IMG/VR virus record: IMGVR_UViG_3300020016_000018
Coordinates: 1-43,014 of that record
Origin: a virus
Lineage: Duplodnaviria > Caudoviricetes
Strand: one strand, 5' to 3'
Length of the DNA: 43,014 bases
The translations under genes were made by a program, and so were the position numbers. This document shows positions 10,352 to 19,438 of this stretch, one piece after another. Within the stretch, counting starts at the first letter, position 1; each line of letters begins with the position of its first letter. Below the pieces are notes generated by a model. The model ran no database searches, had not been told where the DNA came from, and saw nothing but the letters and a program-made list of their open reading frames with translations.

Positions 10352-10372
10352 TCATTGTGGCACGCCCGTCAA
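10352..10372 (-). promoter_or_regulatory. Putative late/leaderless promoter (copy B)
   Basis: Minus strand TTGACGGGCGTGCCACAATGA, 17/21 identical to 16920-16940, ending 7 nt before the scaffold ATG. Confidence 0.55.
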
Positions 10373-10374
10373 AC

Positions 10375-12663
10375 TCACATCGGCATACCAGGACCAGGGC
10401 CTGGCATCTCTGTCTGCACGCCACCCAACAGTTCGTCCAGAATCTGCCCGACCATCTCCGGTGGTATCTGGCCGGAGGCGATGCCGTCCACAATTTGGGG
10501 CGGCAGCATCTGGAGGATTTCGGGTGGAATCTGAGCAAGGATTGCTTCGCCGTTCGGTGGTGGCGGTGTGAGTCCTGGGCCGGGTGGCGGACCGCCCATG
10601 CCGGGAGGTGGCCCTGGCGGCGGACCTGGCGGTGGACCACCAGGCGGTGGACCACCAGGCGGTGGTCCCTGAGGTCCTCCACCGACCTGACCGATCAACT
10701 GTTCCAATATCTGCTGGACCATTGGCGGCGGAATCTTGCCGGAAGCGATGCCGTCCACGATCTCGGGCGGCAGCATCTGGAGTACCTGCGGCGGAATCTG
10801 GGAAAGGATGGCTTCGCCTGGCCCACCACCTGGTGGCCCTTGTGGTGGGCCAGGCGGAGGACCACCTCCAGGTGGGCCACCAGGCGGTGGTCCCCCTGGA
10901 CCCCCTGGTGCGGGCGGGGGTCCGGGAGGTAGGGCTGGCTGTTCCCCCGGAGGCGGTGGGCCGTTCGCCGCCAACGCCTGCGGTTGGATGTAGCCGGTCG
11001 GATCGGTGATGCCGAAACCTTCGAGCACTTTGCGGTACAGCTTCACCGGGTCGGCGACACCGGCATCGAGGAACGGCATCGACGCATCGACCAACTGCAT
11101 TGCCGACTGACGCTTGAACGTCTCGTTCTGTGGTTCGGTGCTGCCGCCCTGCACGCTGTAGTCGAACTCGCCTTTGATGTAGTCCTTGTCGTACTCCAGC
11201 CAGGCTGCGCCGGGGACCGAGATGATCCGGGCGACGTGCTTGCCGGTCATGTACTGCTGCATCAACTGGATGATCCGCTCACCGATACGGCTGAGCGAAT
11301 CCTCGATCTTCGTCAACCGGTCCTGGGCACGAGAGTTCGAAGCGTCCTGGATCATGGCGGCTTCGGTGGCGGTGCGCTTGATCGCTGTCTGTGCGCCGCG
11401 CTGGTAGTCGGACACACCTGACACCCGGTCCATGTCGGTGGAGATCATGTCGGACTGGTTGTAGAACTCTGGTGGGGTGATGACCGCTGGGACGGGGGCG
11501 ATCACTTTCGCCGGGTCCCCGTCTGAGATGACGGGGATCATGGCGTTGTCCGTGTCGGCTTCGAGCGCCATCACACCGTCACGGTCGAAGGCGTCTTTCT
11601 CGTACAACCATTTGCGTGCGAACCGTTTGCGGTGGTTCATCATCTGGTTGCGGGTTTCGTTCAACTCCAGCTGGAGCGATTCGATCTGTTCGATGTCACC
11701 GATCGGGTAGAAGTGGTCGGGGACTTCGTAGTTGCGGATCATCTCGAAGGGGTGGCCGCTGGCGTACGGCATCTTCTTCGGCTTGATGAGGAAGCCACCG
11801 TCGGCGTCCTTGGCGTCTTCGGCTGAGTCGAGCGACAAGGTGGCGACCGTGCCGCGCTTGCAGTCGTAGAACTCGAAGATTTCGGCGTACTGCAAGTTCT
11901 GCGCGGGCTGTTCGTCACCGGAGCGGGCATCACCGTCGGCGTCGGTTCCTGCCGATCGGGACCAGGATCGGGCACCGACCTTCTTGCGTGCTGTCGTTGA
12001 GTAGCGGCTGTCTACTTGCACGTCGGTGAGTGGACGCCAGGTGCGCTGAGCGATCCACCGCATCTCTTTCGGGTGGCGGGCGTCGGGGTCCACGAAGATG
12101 TCGAACGGACTGATGCGTTCCACGAACGGTCGGTCGTCGTCCATGTTCAGTTCGGACTCGGAGTTGCCCTCTTTGTCTTCGCGGTCATCGACGCCTTCTT
12201 CGTAGGCGTCGGAGTCCTTGTTCGCTGTCTGGTCGGATTCGCCTTCGGCTTTCTTCGACTCGGGGTCCTTCACCCACTTGTAGCCCACCTTGTCCCAGCC
12301 GTGACCGATGATGATGAAGTCGAGAACGGCGAGGCGGAAGTCCTGCTGATACCGGTTGACGTGCCACAGGTAGTTGAGGATTTCCTGGGTCAGCATCGCT
12401 TGGGCTTGGCTGTCGGGTTTGCGTGCGGAGATGGTGAACTTCGGGTTGTTGACCGACACCGCGGGGACGAGCACGTTGACGGTGGCGAACACGATGTTGA
12501 TGATGAGGCGGTCGTTGGGGGACCTGGCCCCTTCGTACTGGTAGCCCCGGTACAGGTCGATCCAGCGTGTCCAGTTGTCGTCGTAGCCGGAGTCGGCGCG
12601 CCACTTCTTGGATCGCTGAATCTCAGCCATCGCGAACTTGAGTTGTTCTGTTTGTGTGGTCAT
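10375..12663 (-). CDS. Portal protein with Pro/Gly-rich C-terminal extension
   Basis: 762 aa; ERISPFDIFVDP, VSGVSDYQRG...TATEA and GEFDYSV motifs of P22-like portals. Confidence 0.85.
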   Translation of the reverse strand: MTTQTEQLKFAMAEIQRSKKWRADSGYDDNWTRWIDLYRGYQYEGARSPNDRLIINIVFATVNVLVPAVSVNNPKFTISARKPDSQAQAMLTQEILNYLWHVNRYQQDFRLAVLDFIIIGHGWDKVGYKWVKDPESKKAEGESDQTANKDSDAYEEGVDDREDKEGNSESELNMDDDRPFVERISPFDIFVDPDARHPKEMRWIAQRTWRPLTDVQVDSRYSTTARKKVGARSWSRSAGTDADGDARSGDEQPAQNLQYAEIFEFYDCKRGTVATLSLDSAEDAKDADGGFLIKPKKMPYASGHPFEMIRNYEVPDHFYPIGDIEQIESLQLELNETRNQMMNHRKRFARKWLYEKDAFDRDGVMALEADTDNAMIPVISDGDPAKVIAPVPAVITPPEFYNQSDMISTDMDRVSGVSDYQRGAQTAIKRTATEAAMIQDASNSRAQDRLTKIEDSLSRIGERIIQLMQQYMTGKHVARIISVPGAAWLEYDKDYIKGEFDYSVQGGSTEPQNETFKRQSAMQLVDASMPFLDAGVADPVKLYRKVLEGFGITDPTGYIQPQALAANGPPPPGEQPALPPGPPPAPGGPGGPPPGGPPGGGPPPGPPQGPPGGGPGEAILSQIPPQVLQMLPPEIVDGIASGKIPPPMVQQILEQLIGQVGGGPQGPPPGGPPPGGPPPGPPPGPPPGMGGPPPGPGLTPPPPNGEAILAQIPPEILQMLPPQIVDGIASGQIPPEMVGQILDELLGGVQTEMPGPGPGMPM

Positions 12664-12866
12664 GCCCGCTCTATCCCTCTGCGTCCGAGTTCACGCTCGT
12701 CGCTGGTGCCGAAGCTTTCTTCCCGGTACTCACGGGCGGTGCGGTGGAAGTCTCCTTGCACGGCGGGTGCTTTCATGCTGAAGCCGACCGACATGATGCG
12801 GTGGCGGTAGCACTCGTCATGGGGGTAGTACGCATCCCTGCGGCACCCTTCGTGAGAGCAGTTCAC
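12660..12866 (-). CDS. Small hypothetical protein, 68 aa
   Basis: GTG just after the upstream stop; ATGA overlap with the portal start. Confidence 0.55.
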   Translation of the reverse strand: MNCSHEGCRRDAYYPHDECYRHRIMSVGFSMKAPAVQGDFHRTAREYREESFGTSDERELGRRGIERA

Positions 12867-12867
12867 G

Positions 12868-13356
12868 TCAGCCCTCGGTGAGTTCGAGCAACTCCGCTTT
12901 CGTGCAGGCTTCGAGGTCACCTTCGGTTTCGACGTTCTTCTCGATCCACTCGATGATGTCGGCCTTCGTCCACGACATGGTGGGTGTAGTGCTCTGCACC
13001 TCGGGGTCTTCGACGGCGGCACCGCCACCAGCCCAATTCGTACCGTTCCAGTGGCAGGAGTTGTTATTGCCCATCATGACGAACTGACCGGTTGTCCACG
13101 CTGCGATTGGGCTGGCGACGATGGGTGCCATCGCAGCCAGATCGAAGGGCGGCGTGCTGCCTTCCGGGGTGAAAGTGCCGGGGGTGCCAGCGATCGCGCC
13201 GGTCGCCGGGACACCGCCACCACCGGGCGCCCCTGCCGGATTGTCCAACCAGTTCGCCCACTGCACGCCTGTGCCGGGGTTCGACTTGCTGCCGCGCCGC
13301 TGATTGCGACCCATCTTCTTCTTCGGTGGACGCTGCCTGTCGAGATGGATCGCCAT
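12868..13356 (-). CDS. Hypothetical protein with C-terminal HeH/LEM-like motif, 162 aa
   Basis: GGGAG RBS before ATG 13356; basic N-terminus; WTKADII.W......TKAELLEL C-terminus. Confidence 0.6.
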   Translation of the reverse strand: MAIHLDRQRPPKKKMGRNQRRGSKSNPGTGVQWANWLDNPAGAPGGGGVPATGAIAGTPGTFTPEGSTPPFDLAAMAPIVASPIAAWTTGQFVMMGNNNSCHWNGTNWAGGGAAVEDPEVQSTTPTMSWTKADIIEWIEKNVETEGDLEACTKAELLELTEG

Positions 13357-13409
13357 GAATCTCCCACTTTCTGTCGAGAACTGTGTGCATTCTGACAGAG
13401 ACAGGTGAT

Positions 13410-15074
13410 TCAGCGAGGGTTTCTCACGTAGTGCGCCCCGATCGGCTCGCGAATCTGCAACTTCGGCTTCGTTGCCGTCAGGTTTGCCATCGTGATCCCG
13501 TCGTCGTACACCTTCGCCTGCCACCAATCCATGCTGCCCTTCTGCGGTCCGGTGTCGACCTGGTACTCGGGGAGGAAGACGTGGTGCAGCATCTGGTTGG
13601 CGATCGCCAGGCTGATGGTGCGGTCATCGAACGGAGACCCTGACATCTTGCCTTTGTCGTCTCGGGCGAAGGTTCGAAGCTCGGCAATAGTCTCGGCGTC
13701 GTGCAGGATCATGACGCCATCACGCAACGCCTGGTTGAGTTCACCGATCATGTGGGGCTTGGTGACCTGGGTGGTGCGGAAGCCGAGGATGTCAGTGGGG
13801 ATGGATTTCTTGTACAGCGGACTGCGCTGAAAGTAGAGCGGTCGGTAGCGGAGACGCTGAAGGTACTTCAAGGTGACGAGACCGTGGTTGTTGGACTCAA
13901 CGCCGACCAGGGCGTGGTTGTAGAACTTTCCGAGGCGAGCCAACACCTCGGAGCCCAGAAGGTCTGGATCGATACGACCATGCCAGTGGGCGACGACCTC
14001 ATGGTTTCGGGCATTGATGACATGGGCCGACGCATAGTCGCCGTGCTCCATCCCCTGTGACGGGTCGGCACCGATCACGTACTTGCCTTCATCGATCGGC
14101 CACTTCCAGATACGCAGCGCGCCGCCGTCTTCGATGAACTTCAGCTTCGGGTCCAGGTAGCCACGGGCCAGCGGGGGCGAGGTTTCGATCTGGCGCAGGA
14201 ACTCGATGGAGAACACTGGGCGACCCGATTTCAAGAAGGCGTCGTCCGGGTTGTCCGGGTACTCCTGCGCCATCACATGCTCGGGGGTGTCGACCTTCTT
14301 GGCGTCGTACCATTCCTGAGTACGGCCGTTCGCCGACCACGAGAAGAACAGCGGGGTGAAGCGGTTGTTGCCCTGTTCGGCTTCCGCCCACAGGCGGTGG
14401 AACAGGTTGCCTTCACCGTTGGCGGTGGACATCATGATGACCGAGCCACCAAGGTCGGCGACCGGCTCGATTGCCGCCCATGCTTCCTCGGAGTTCTGGA
14501 GGAAGGCGAGTTCGTCCACGACGATCAGGTAGGCGGATTCACCACGGGCCGGGTCGGACGCTGACGGTAGGGACTCGATAGACGATTCGTTGGTGAACTC
14601 GATCTTGGTCTGCGTCATGTTGGCGACCGGACCGCGTGCGTTCCGCATCCATTCGGGGAGGAACTTGTAGCCGTACTTCGCCTTCGTCAACAGCTTGATG
14701 GCTTCACGTTCCGTCCTCGACAGCATGACGATGCTGCGGTCCGAGTAGAAGAACGTGAGCCAGAAGGCGTAGGTGGAGATGAGGGTGGAGAACCCGATCT
14801 GTCGTGCTTTCAGGATCAGGCTGTAGCGGTTGTTGAGCCACGAATCGATCGTCTCGACCTGCGATTCGAACATCTCGAACTTGATCCGTCCCCGACTGGG
14901 ATGGCGGATGTACCAGTAGTTCTCGCAGAAGTAGATGAACCCGGCGAGGAGTTCATCGGGTGTGCGCTGATGCCACCTTCCACTCTCGTCGCGCCAGGCT
15001 TTCGGCGCGCACTTGCGCCATTCCCGTTCCCACAGCAGATCATCGAAGGAGTAGTCCTCCGCTTGGACGGTCAC
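13410..15074 (-). CDS. terL: Terminase large subunit
   Basis: LKARQIGFST (Walker A type), LIVVDE (Walker B), IGADPSQG and DD nuclease motifs; probable GTG start overlapping the upstream TGA. Confidence 0.93.
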   Translation of the reverse strand: MTVQAEDYSFDDLLWEREWRKCAPKAWRDESGRWHQRTPDELLAGFIYFCENYWYIRHPSRGRIKFEMFESQVETIDSWLNNRYSLILKARQIGFSTLISTYAFWLTFFYSDRSIVMLSRTEREAIKLLTKAKYGYKFLPEWMRNARGPVANMTQTKIEFTNESSIESLPSASDPARGESAYLIVVDELAFLQNSEEAWAAIEPVADLGGSVIMMSTANGEGNLFHRLWAEAEQGNNRFTPLFFSWSANGRTQEWYDAKKVDTPEHVMAQEYPDNPDDAFLKSGRPVFSIEFLRQIETSPPLARGYLDPKLKFIEDGGALRIWKWPIDEGKYVIGADPSQGMEHGDYASAHVINARNHEVVAHWHGRIDPDLLGSEVLARLGKFYNHALVGVESNNHGLVTLKYLQRLRYRPLYFQRSPLYKKSIPTDILGFRTTQVTKPHMIGELNQALRDGVMILHDAETIAELRTFARDDKGKMSGSPFDDRTISLAIANQMLHHVFLPEYQVDTGPQKGSMDWWQAKVYDDGITMANLTATKPKLQIREPIGAHYVRNPR

Positions 15075-15265
15075 GTCACTGGGACGCCCGAGACCATGAC
15101 CTCCCATTGGAACTCACCGGTCTCATGATTGCGGGCGACAGGGTTGATGGAGACCTGCGCCCCGGCGTAGGCGTCAACCTGCTGGACCTGGACACGAGCG
15201 GTGTCGAGGGCTTCATCGATTGTGGCGACAATGGTGCGCCACTGGGTGGTGGTTGAGGTGCTCAC
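15071..15265 (-). CDS. Hypothetical protein, 64 aa
   Basis: AAGGAG RBS; coupled to terL. Confidence 0.6.
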   Translation of the reverse strand: MSTSTTTQWRTIVATIDEALDTARVQVQQVDAYAGAQVSINPVARNHETGEFQWEVMVSGVPVT

Positions 15266-15281
15266 GTTTCTCCTTGGTGTG

Positions 15282-16445
15282 TCAGAGGACTTTGATCATT
15301 CTGGCGAAGGTGACGTACGGCTGGACATTGGCGTTGGTCGCTGCCGCTCCCCTCAGCCCAGTGTTCTGAGTGCGGGTGTCGACGGTGACGGCGTGGGTGT
15401 GGTTGGCCGAGATGGTGCCGGTGTTGCCGTTGACGTTGTGGTAGTGGTGAGCGGACATGGTGCCCGACCAGGTGTTGTGGACGTGGTTGCCGTCGTGGAG
15501 GAACTGAGCGATGTTCCACCCACTTCCGCCTCCGACGCCATAACCGCCAATACCGCCACCGGCGAAGTAGAGGAAATTGGTTCCGTGTCCCCAGTTGTGA
15601 CCGTGCTCACCGGCACCGTCCATCGCCACGCCGTGGGTGTGGTCGGCTGAGATGTTGCCTGAGTTGACGTTGACGCCGTGATAGTGGTCTGCCGACACCG
15701 TGCCGCTGCTGCCGGTGTGGTTGTGGGTCATGTCGTGATCGTGTGACACGACCACGGCGTCCTTGGAGCCCCCGACCTTGCCGATCGTATCGAACAGCGG
15801 ATCGGCAGCGTTGAGGCCCACGCTGACACGGCCGCGGGTGTCGGGCATCAGGATGTCTGCGCCGACTTTCATCGCTGTCGGGATGATGCCCCACAGGATG
15901 GGATACAAGGTCTGGCCGTTGGTCACGGTCTGGCCGACCATCAGCAGCCAGTTGACGGGTGCTGTCGTTCCGATGTAGTCGGTGATGGACCCGACTGGCA
16001 TGTTCTGCGATGTGCCGCCGACCGGACCTTCAGGTCCGACCGGACCTTCAGGTCCGACCGGGCCGACAGGGCCGACAGGGCCTGTAGCGCCTGTGGGTCC
16101 TTCAGGGCCGACCGGGCCGACGGGTCCGACCGGACCAACGGGACCGACAGGACCTGTAGCACCTGTGGGTCCGGTTGGTCCTTGTGGCCCGGTCGGTCCA
16201 GGGATGGCGATGGGACCGATGTTGACCCAATCGGTTCCGTCCCACACCCAGCCGTTGCCGTCGCCGTCGATAATGAAGTCGCCGTCGCTGCCAGGCGCGG
16301 GCGGTGGTCCTGCGCCGGGGATCGCGCCTGTGGGGTCGAGTCCGCCTGCGCCGCCGCCTTGGCCGATCTGCCGTCGCAGGTCGAGGAGCGCTCGCCGGGT
16401 GGCTGCGTTGACGCCGGGTTCGAAGCCGGAGCTACCCGATGGCAC
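15282..16445 (-). CDS. Collagen-containing fibre protein with collar-like domain and HxH needle
   Basis: G-X-Y repeats, then [25 protein letters not shown], many HxH, NVQPYV. Confidence 0.75.
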   Translation of the reverse strand: MPSGSSGFEPGVNAATRRALLDLRRQIGQGGGAGGLDPTGAIPGAGPPPAPGSDGDFIIDGDGNGWVWDGTDWVNIGPIAIPGPTGPQGPTGPTGATGPVGPVGPVGPVGPVGPEGPTGATGPVGPVGPVGPEGPVGPEGPVGGTSQNMPVGSITDYIGTTAPVNWLLMVGQTVTNGQTLYPILWGIIPTAMKVGADILMPDTRGRVSVGLNAADPLFDTIGKVGGSKDAVVVSHDHDMTHNHTGSSGTVSADHYHGVNVNSGNISADHTHGVAMDGAGEHGHNWGHGTNFLYFAGGGIGGYGVGGGSGWNIAQFLHDGNHVHNTWSGTMSAHHYHNVNGNTGTISANHTHAVTVDTRTQNTGLRGAAATNANVQPYVTFARMIKVL

Positions 16446-16914
16446 GGCCCCGCTGCGCCTTCTCCGCTTCGGCCCGTTCGGCCAGGAGAGTCGCCAACTG
16501 ATCGTCGGTCAGTTCGGCTGCGGGGCGCTGGACGGTGACCTCCATCTTGGCGGGCTTCATGGAGCCTTCGATCTCGAAGTACGCCTTGGCTGCTTGGACG
16601 TGCTTGGGGTCATCTGCATCGGTGGCGGTGCGGAACAGGGTGGCCATGATTTCGGATTTCTTGCCGGGGTCTCCGATGGTGCGGAGGTACATCTTCTCCC
16701 AGGCTTCGAGGAACTCTTTGTCGTCGCGCCAGTTCTGGAGGGTGCGCCGATCCGTGTCGATGCTCTTGGCGAAGTCGATGAAGGTCTTGAACTCTCGCTC
16801 TTTGGGTGGGGTGCAGAGCCAGCGCAGGAATGCCTGTTTCCGGAAGTCGGTGATCGGCACGATCATGTGGAGGCCACGATCGTTGTTCTTGCCGTATGCC
16901 TCCTTGTCAGCCAC
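16432..16914 (-). CDS. terS: Terminase small subunit (HTH type)
   Basis: 160 aa, first gene of the virion operon; HTH-like [21 protein letters not shown]; C-terminal ELTDDQL. Confidence 0.7.
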   Translation of the reverse strand: MADKEAYGKNNDRGLHMIVPITDFRKQAFLRWLCTPPKEREFKTFIDFAKSIDTDRRTLQNWRDDKEFLEAWEKMYLRTIGDPGKKSEIMATLFRTATDADDPKHVQAAKAYFEIEGSMKPAKMEVTVQRPAAELTDDQLATLLAERAEAEKAQRGRAIG

Positions 16915-16919
16915 GCTGC

Positions 16920-16940
16920 TCAGTTTGGCACGGGCGTCAA
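16920..16940 (-). promoter_or_regulatory. Putative late/leaderless promoter (copy A)
   Basis: Minus strand TTGACGCCCGTGCCAAACTGA, ending 5 nt before the terS GTG; no SD. Confidence 0.55.
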
Positions 16941-16952
16941 TCGACGCTGCGG

Positions 16953-16970
16953 CTTTGCACGGTGCAAAGG
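16953..16970. repeat. 19-bp palindrome copy 1 (one outer mismatch)
   Basis: CTTTGCACGGTGCAAAGG in the divergent terS/RHH intergenic region. Confidence 0.9.
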
Positions 16971-16972
16971 TC

Positions 16973-17028
16973 GTTGTCCCCAGGTTGTCCCCAGGTTGTC
17001 CCCAGGGTTGTACCCCTTCCTATCCACA
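16973..17028 (+). repeat. Three tandem 11-bp GTTGTCCCCAG units plus CTATCCACA (DnaA-box-like)
   Basis: Exact units at 16973, 16984 and 16995; CTATCCACA at 17020. Confidence 0.75.
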
Positions 17029-17046
17029 GGTGTGATGTGCTAGGGT

Positions 17047-17283
17047 ATGGGTATGGCACAAACACCGACAAGAATCAAAGACCCTCGGCAACTGCCCGTT
17101 CAGCTGAACGTGGCGCTGCCCTACTCGTTCCGGGAGTTCCTGCGAGCCAGGGCCGACCAGGACAAGATCAGCCTCAACAAGCTGTGCATCGACGCCCTGC
17201 GCGCCAAGTACGGCCGAGAGTATGACGCCGACGAAGCACTGAAAGTGAGGGGTGACACCGCCGACGCCGGGGCCACACAGTGA
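17047..17283 (+). CDS. Ribbon-helix-helix (Arc/Mnt/HicB-like) DNA-binding protein
   Basis: QLNVALP.SFREFL...A....ISLN.L.IDAL pattern; the start may be a leaderless ATG at 17053 after TAGGGT. Confidence 0.75.
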   Translation: MGMAQTPTRIKDPRQLPVQLNVALPYSFREFLRARADQDKISLNKLCIDALRAKYGREYDADEALKVRGDTADAGATQ

Positions 17284-17618
17284 CCGTCGTCTCCCACAAT
17301 CCCAGGGCTCTGAAGTACCTGCGCGATGAGGGCTACTTCGCCGAGATGGTGGAGCACTGGGACTCGTTCACTCGTCGCCGCCACGACCTGTTCGGCTTCA
17401 TCGACATCCTGGCCGTCGGCAACGGCGAGACCGTCGGTGTCCAAGTGACCAGCCGGAACAACATGTCGAGTCGTCGCACGAAGATGCAGGCATCACCAGT
17501 CCTGGCGGCGATGTGGGGTGCGGGGTGGAAGGTGTGGCTGTTCGGCTACGACAAGCCCGCCCACCGCTGGCGGCTGAGAGTGGAGGAGGTCCCCAGTGTC
17601 ACACCCCTCAACGCATAA
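17280..17618 (+). CDS. PD-(D/E)XK nuclease, Holliday-junction-resolvase-like
   Basis: YLRDEGY, DLFGFIDILAV, VQVTS motifs. Confidence 0.7.
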   Translation: MTVVSHNPRALKYLRDEGYFAEMVEHWDSFTRRRHDLFGFIDILAVGNGETVGVQVTSRNNMSSRRTKMQASPVLAAMWGAGWKVWLFGYDKPAHRWRLRVEEVPSVTPLNA

Positions 17619-17628
17619 TCCGAGGAGC

Positions 17629-17811
17629 ATGGCTGAACCGATGTTGGTCAAGTCGTTGGAGCAGATCATCGCCAACGGCCACGCCAACGAACGGCAACTG
17701 GCCCGACTGTGCAAAGACCTCATCCGCCTGGCTGGGGACCAACGCAAGATCAAGGAGTACATCGACATGCAAGCAGTGCAGGTACTGGATGAGGCGCACC
17801 CGTGGGGCTGA
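17629..17811 (+). CDS. Hypothetical protein, 60 aa
   Basis: GAGGAG RBS before ATG 17629. Confidence 0.6.
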   Translation: MAEPMLVKSLEQIIANGHANERQLARLCKDLIRLAGDQRKIKEYIDMQAVQVLDEAHPWG

Positions 17812-18968
17812 ACATCGAAGAGTTCGAAACCCCGGAGGCACCCGACTTCCGCAGGGCCAATGGCGCACCCATGATCATCGACAAGGACGGCAAGAACGTC
17901 CGCCTGTCGAGACCGTCGTCGTGGGGGAAAATCCTGGACGACGAGAACGCGTTGGTCAACTGGAAGATCGACCGGGCCGCTCAGGGCGTCGCCCTCGACA
18001 AAGCGTTGCAAGCTCGCTACGTCGCCGTCAAGGACGACGATCGCAAGACGTTCCAGACGTTGCGCGAGTTGGCGATCAACGCCGGGAAAGGGGCGCAGGC
18101 CGCAGACCTGGGCACCGCCCTCCATGCGATGTCGTGTCGGTGGGAGGACCCAGACGATTCGTTCGACCCACCGGAGGAGTTTGCAAAGTCGTTGCGTGTG
18201 TACAGCAAGTGCCTGGAGGAGAACTTCCTGGTGTCCGACCTGTTCGAGTACCACGTCGTCAACCTGGCGATGGGGTGCGCGGGGACGGCTGATCGGCTGT
18301 ACCGCAACACTGGACCGCTGATGACGCCGGACGGCGAGATTCATCAACCGGGCACGAAGTTCGTCGGCGACCTGAAGACCGGCAAGAAGCTGGACTACTC
18401 GCTGCCTGGCTACACGGTGCAGATGGCGCTGTACGCCGACGGCGAACTCTACGACGTGGTGAACGACGTGTTCTTGGAGACGCCGCCGATCAACAAGGAC
18501 TGGGGAATCCTGGTTCACCTCCCAGCCGGTCAGGAGCAATGCTCACTGATCTGGGTCGATCTGGGCGTGGGTGAGTGGGGTGCCCAACTCGTGGATCAGG
18601 TGAAGTCGTGGAGGCGCAAGTGGAAGAACATCGAGCCATTCGGAGCGTACGAGTTCACACCTCCACTCCCCGACGGCGAAGAACTGCTCGTCGCCGAACT
18701 CGGCGCAGGGCCGCTCGCCGAAACCGATGACTTCCTGACGTTCATCAAAGCCAGGATCACGACCATCGCCAGGAACGCCGACGCCAAGCAGTGTCTCGGC
18801 AAGAACTGGCCGACAGAGATTCCGACACCGAAGCAGGGGTTGTCGGAGAAGGAACACATCCAGCGAGTGCTCAAGCTTCTGGATGATGTCGAGGCCGAGT
18901 TCGGTCTCGGATGGCCGGAGGGCGATCCCCGCGCTTCGGCAACACACACAAAGAAAGTGAGTCAGTAA
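17802..18968 (+). CDS. PD-(D/E)XK exonuclease (RecE/RecB-like)
   Basis: GTALH, GTADRL, GDLKTG, QMALYA motifs. Confidence 0.85.
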   Translation: MGLNIEEFETPEAPDFRRANGAPMIIDKDGKNVRLSRPSSWGKILDDENALVNWKIDRAAQGVALDKALQARYVAVKDDDRKTFQTLRELAINAGKGAQAADLGTALHAMSCRWEDPDDSFDPPEEFAKSLRVYSKCLEENFLVSDLFEYHVVNLAMGCAGTADRLYRNTGPLMTPDGEIHQPGTKFVGDLKTGKKLDYSLPGYTVQMALYADGELYDVVNDVFLETPPINKDWGILVHLPAGQEQCSLIWVDLGVGEWGAQLVDQVKSWRRKWKNIEPFGAYEFTPPLPDGEELLVAELGAGPLAETDDFLTFIKARITTIARNADAKQCLGKNWPTEIPTPKQGLSEKEHIQRVLKLLDDVEAEFGLGWPEGDPRASATHTKKVSQ

Positions 18969-19438
18969 TGGCAGGGTTCAGTGTTTCAGAATTGGAAGGC
19001 GGCTCGAAGTCGTGGAAGCCGGAGATGGGTGATGAGATCGATGGTGACATCATTTCGATCAAGCGTGTCCAGCAGACCGATTTCACGTCAGGTGATCCGC
19101 TCACTTGGTCGGATGGTTCGCCACGGATGCAGACGGTGGTCGAGTTGGCGACCACGTTGTCAGCGGGCGACGATGACGACGGCAAGCGGTCGGTGTGGCT
19201 CAAGGGTGGTAACAACTTTGAGCCCGCTCAGGGGAAGGGACATTCCGGTGAGAGGGCACTTGCTGAGGCAGCGAAGGCGGCAGGGCTGAGCGAGATCGAT
19301 GAGGGGGCTCATCTCCGCATCAAGTGTTCGGGCCTGGCGAAGCCGACGACTCGTGGGTTCCAACCCGCCAAGTTGTATGTCATGGAGTTGAAGGCCCCGA
19401 AGAAGTCGGTGGCCGTGGACGACCTGTTCGATGACTGA
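18968..19438 (+). CDS. Probable single-stranded DNA-binding protein
   Basis: TAATG coupling; OB-like QQTDF.SG.PL.W.DG.PRMQ; acidic DDLFDD tail; follows the exonuclease. Confidence 0.65.
   Translation: MAGFSVSELEGGSKSWKPEMGDEIDGDIISIKRVQQTDFTSGDPLTWSDGSPRMQTVVELATTLSAGDDDDGKRSVWLKGGNNFEPAQGKGHSGERALAEAAKAAGLSEIDEGAHLRIKCSGLAKPTTRGFQPAKLYVMELKAPKKSVAVDDLFDD

Noticed and set aside
13370-13399. Imperfect inverted repeat TCTGTC...GACAGA between terL and the next gene
   Set aside because: Single copy and weak stem; no function can be supported
922-16445. Diversity-generating retroelement or invertible system acting on the two fibre genes
   Set aside because: No reverse transcriptase or invertase, and no near-identical TR/VR pair seen; the similarity is only at protein level
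17705-18190. Half-sites GTGCAAAG/TTGCAAAG as extra palindrome copies
   Set aside because: Only one arm is present and both lie in coding sequence; compatible with chance
17802-18968. Cas4 annotation
   Set aside because: PD-(D/E)XK motifs are present, but the C-terminal three-Cys Fe-S cluster motif is absent; context indicates a recombination exonuclease
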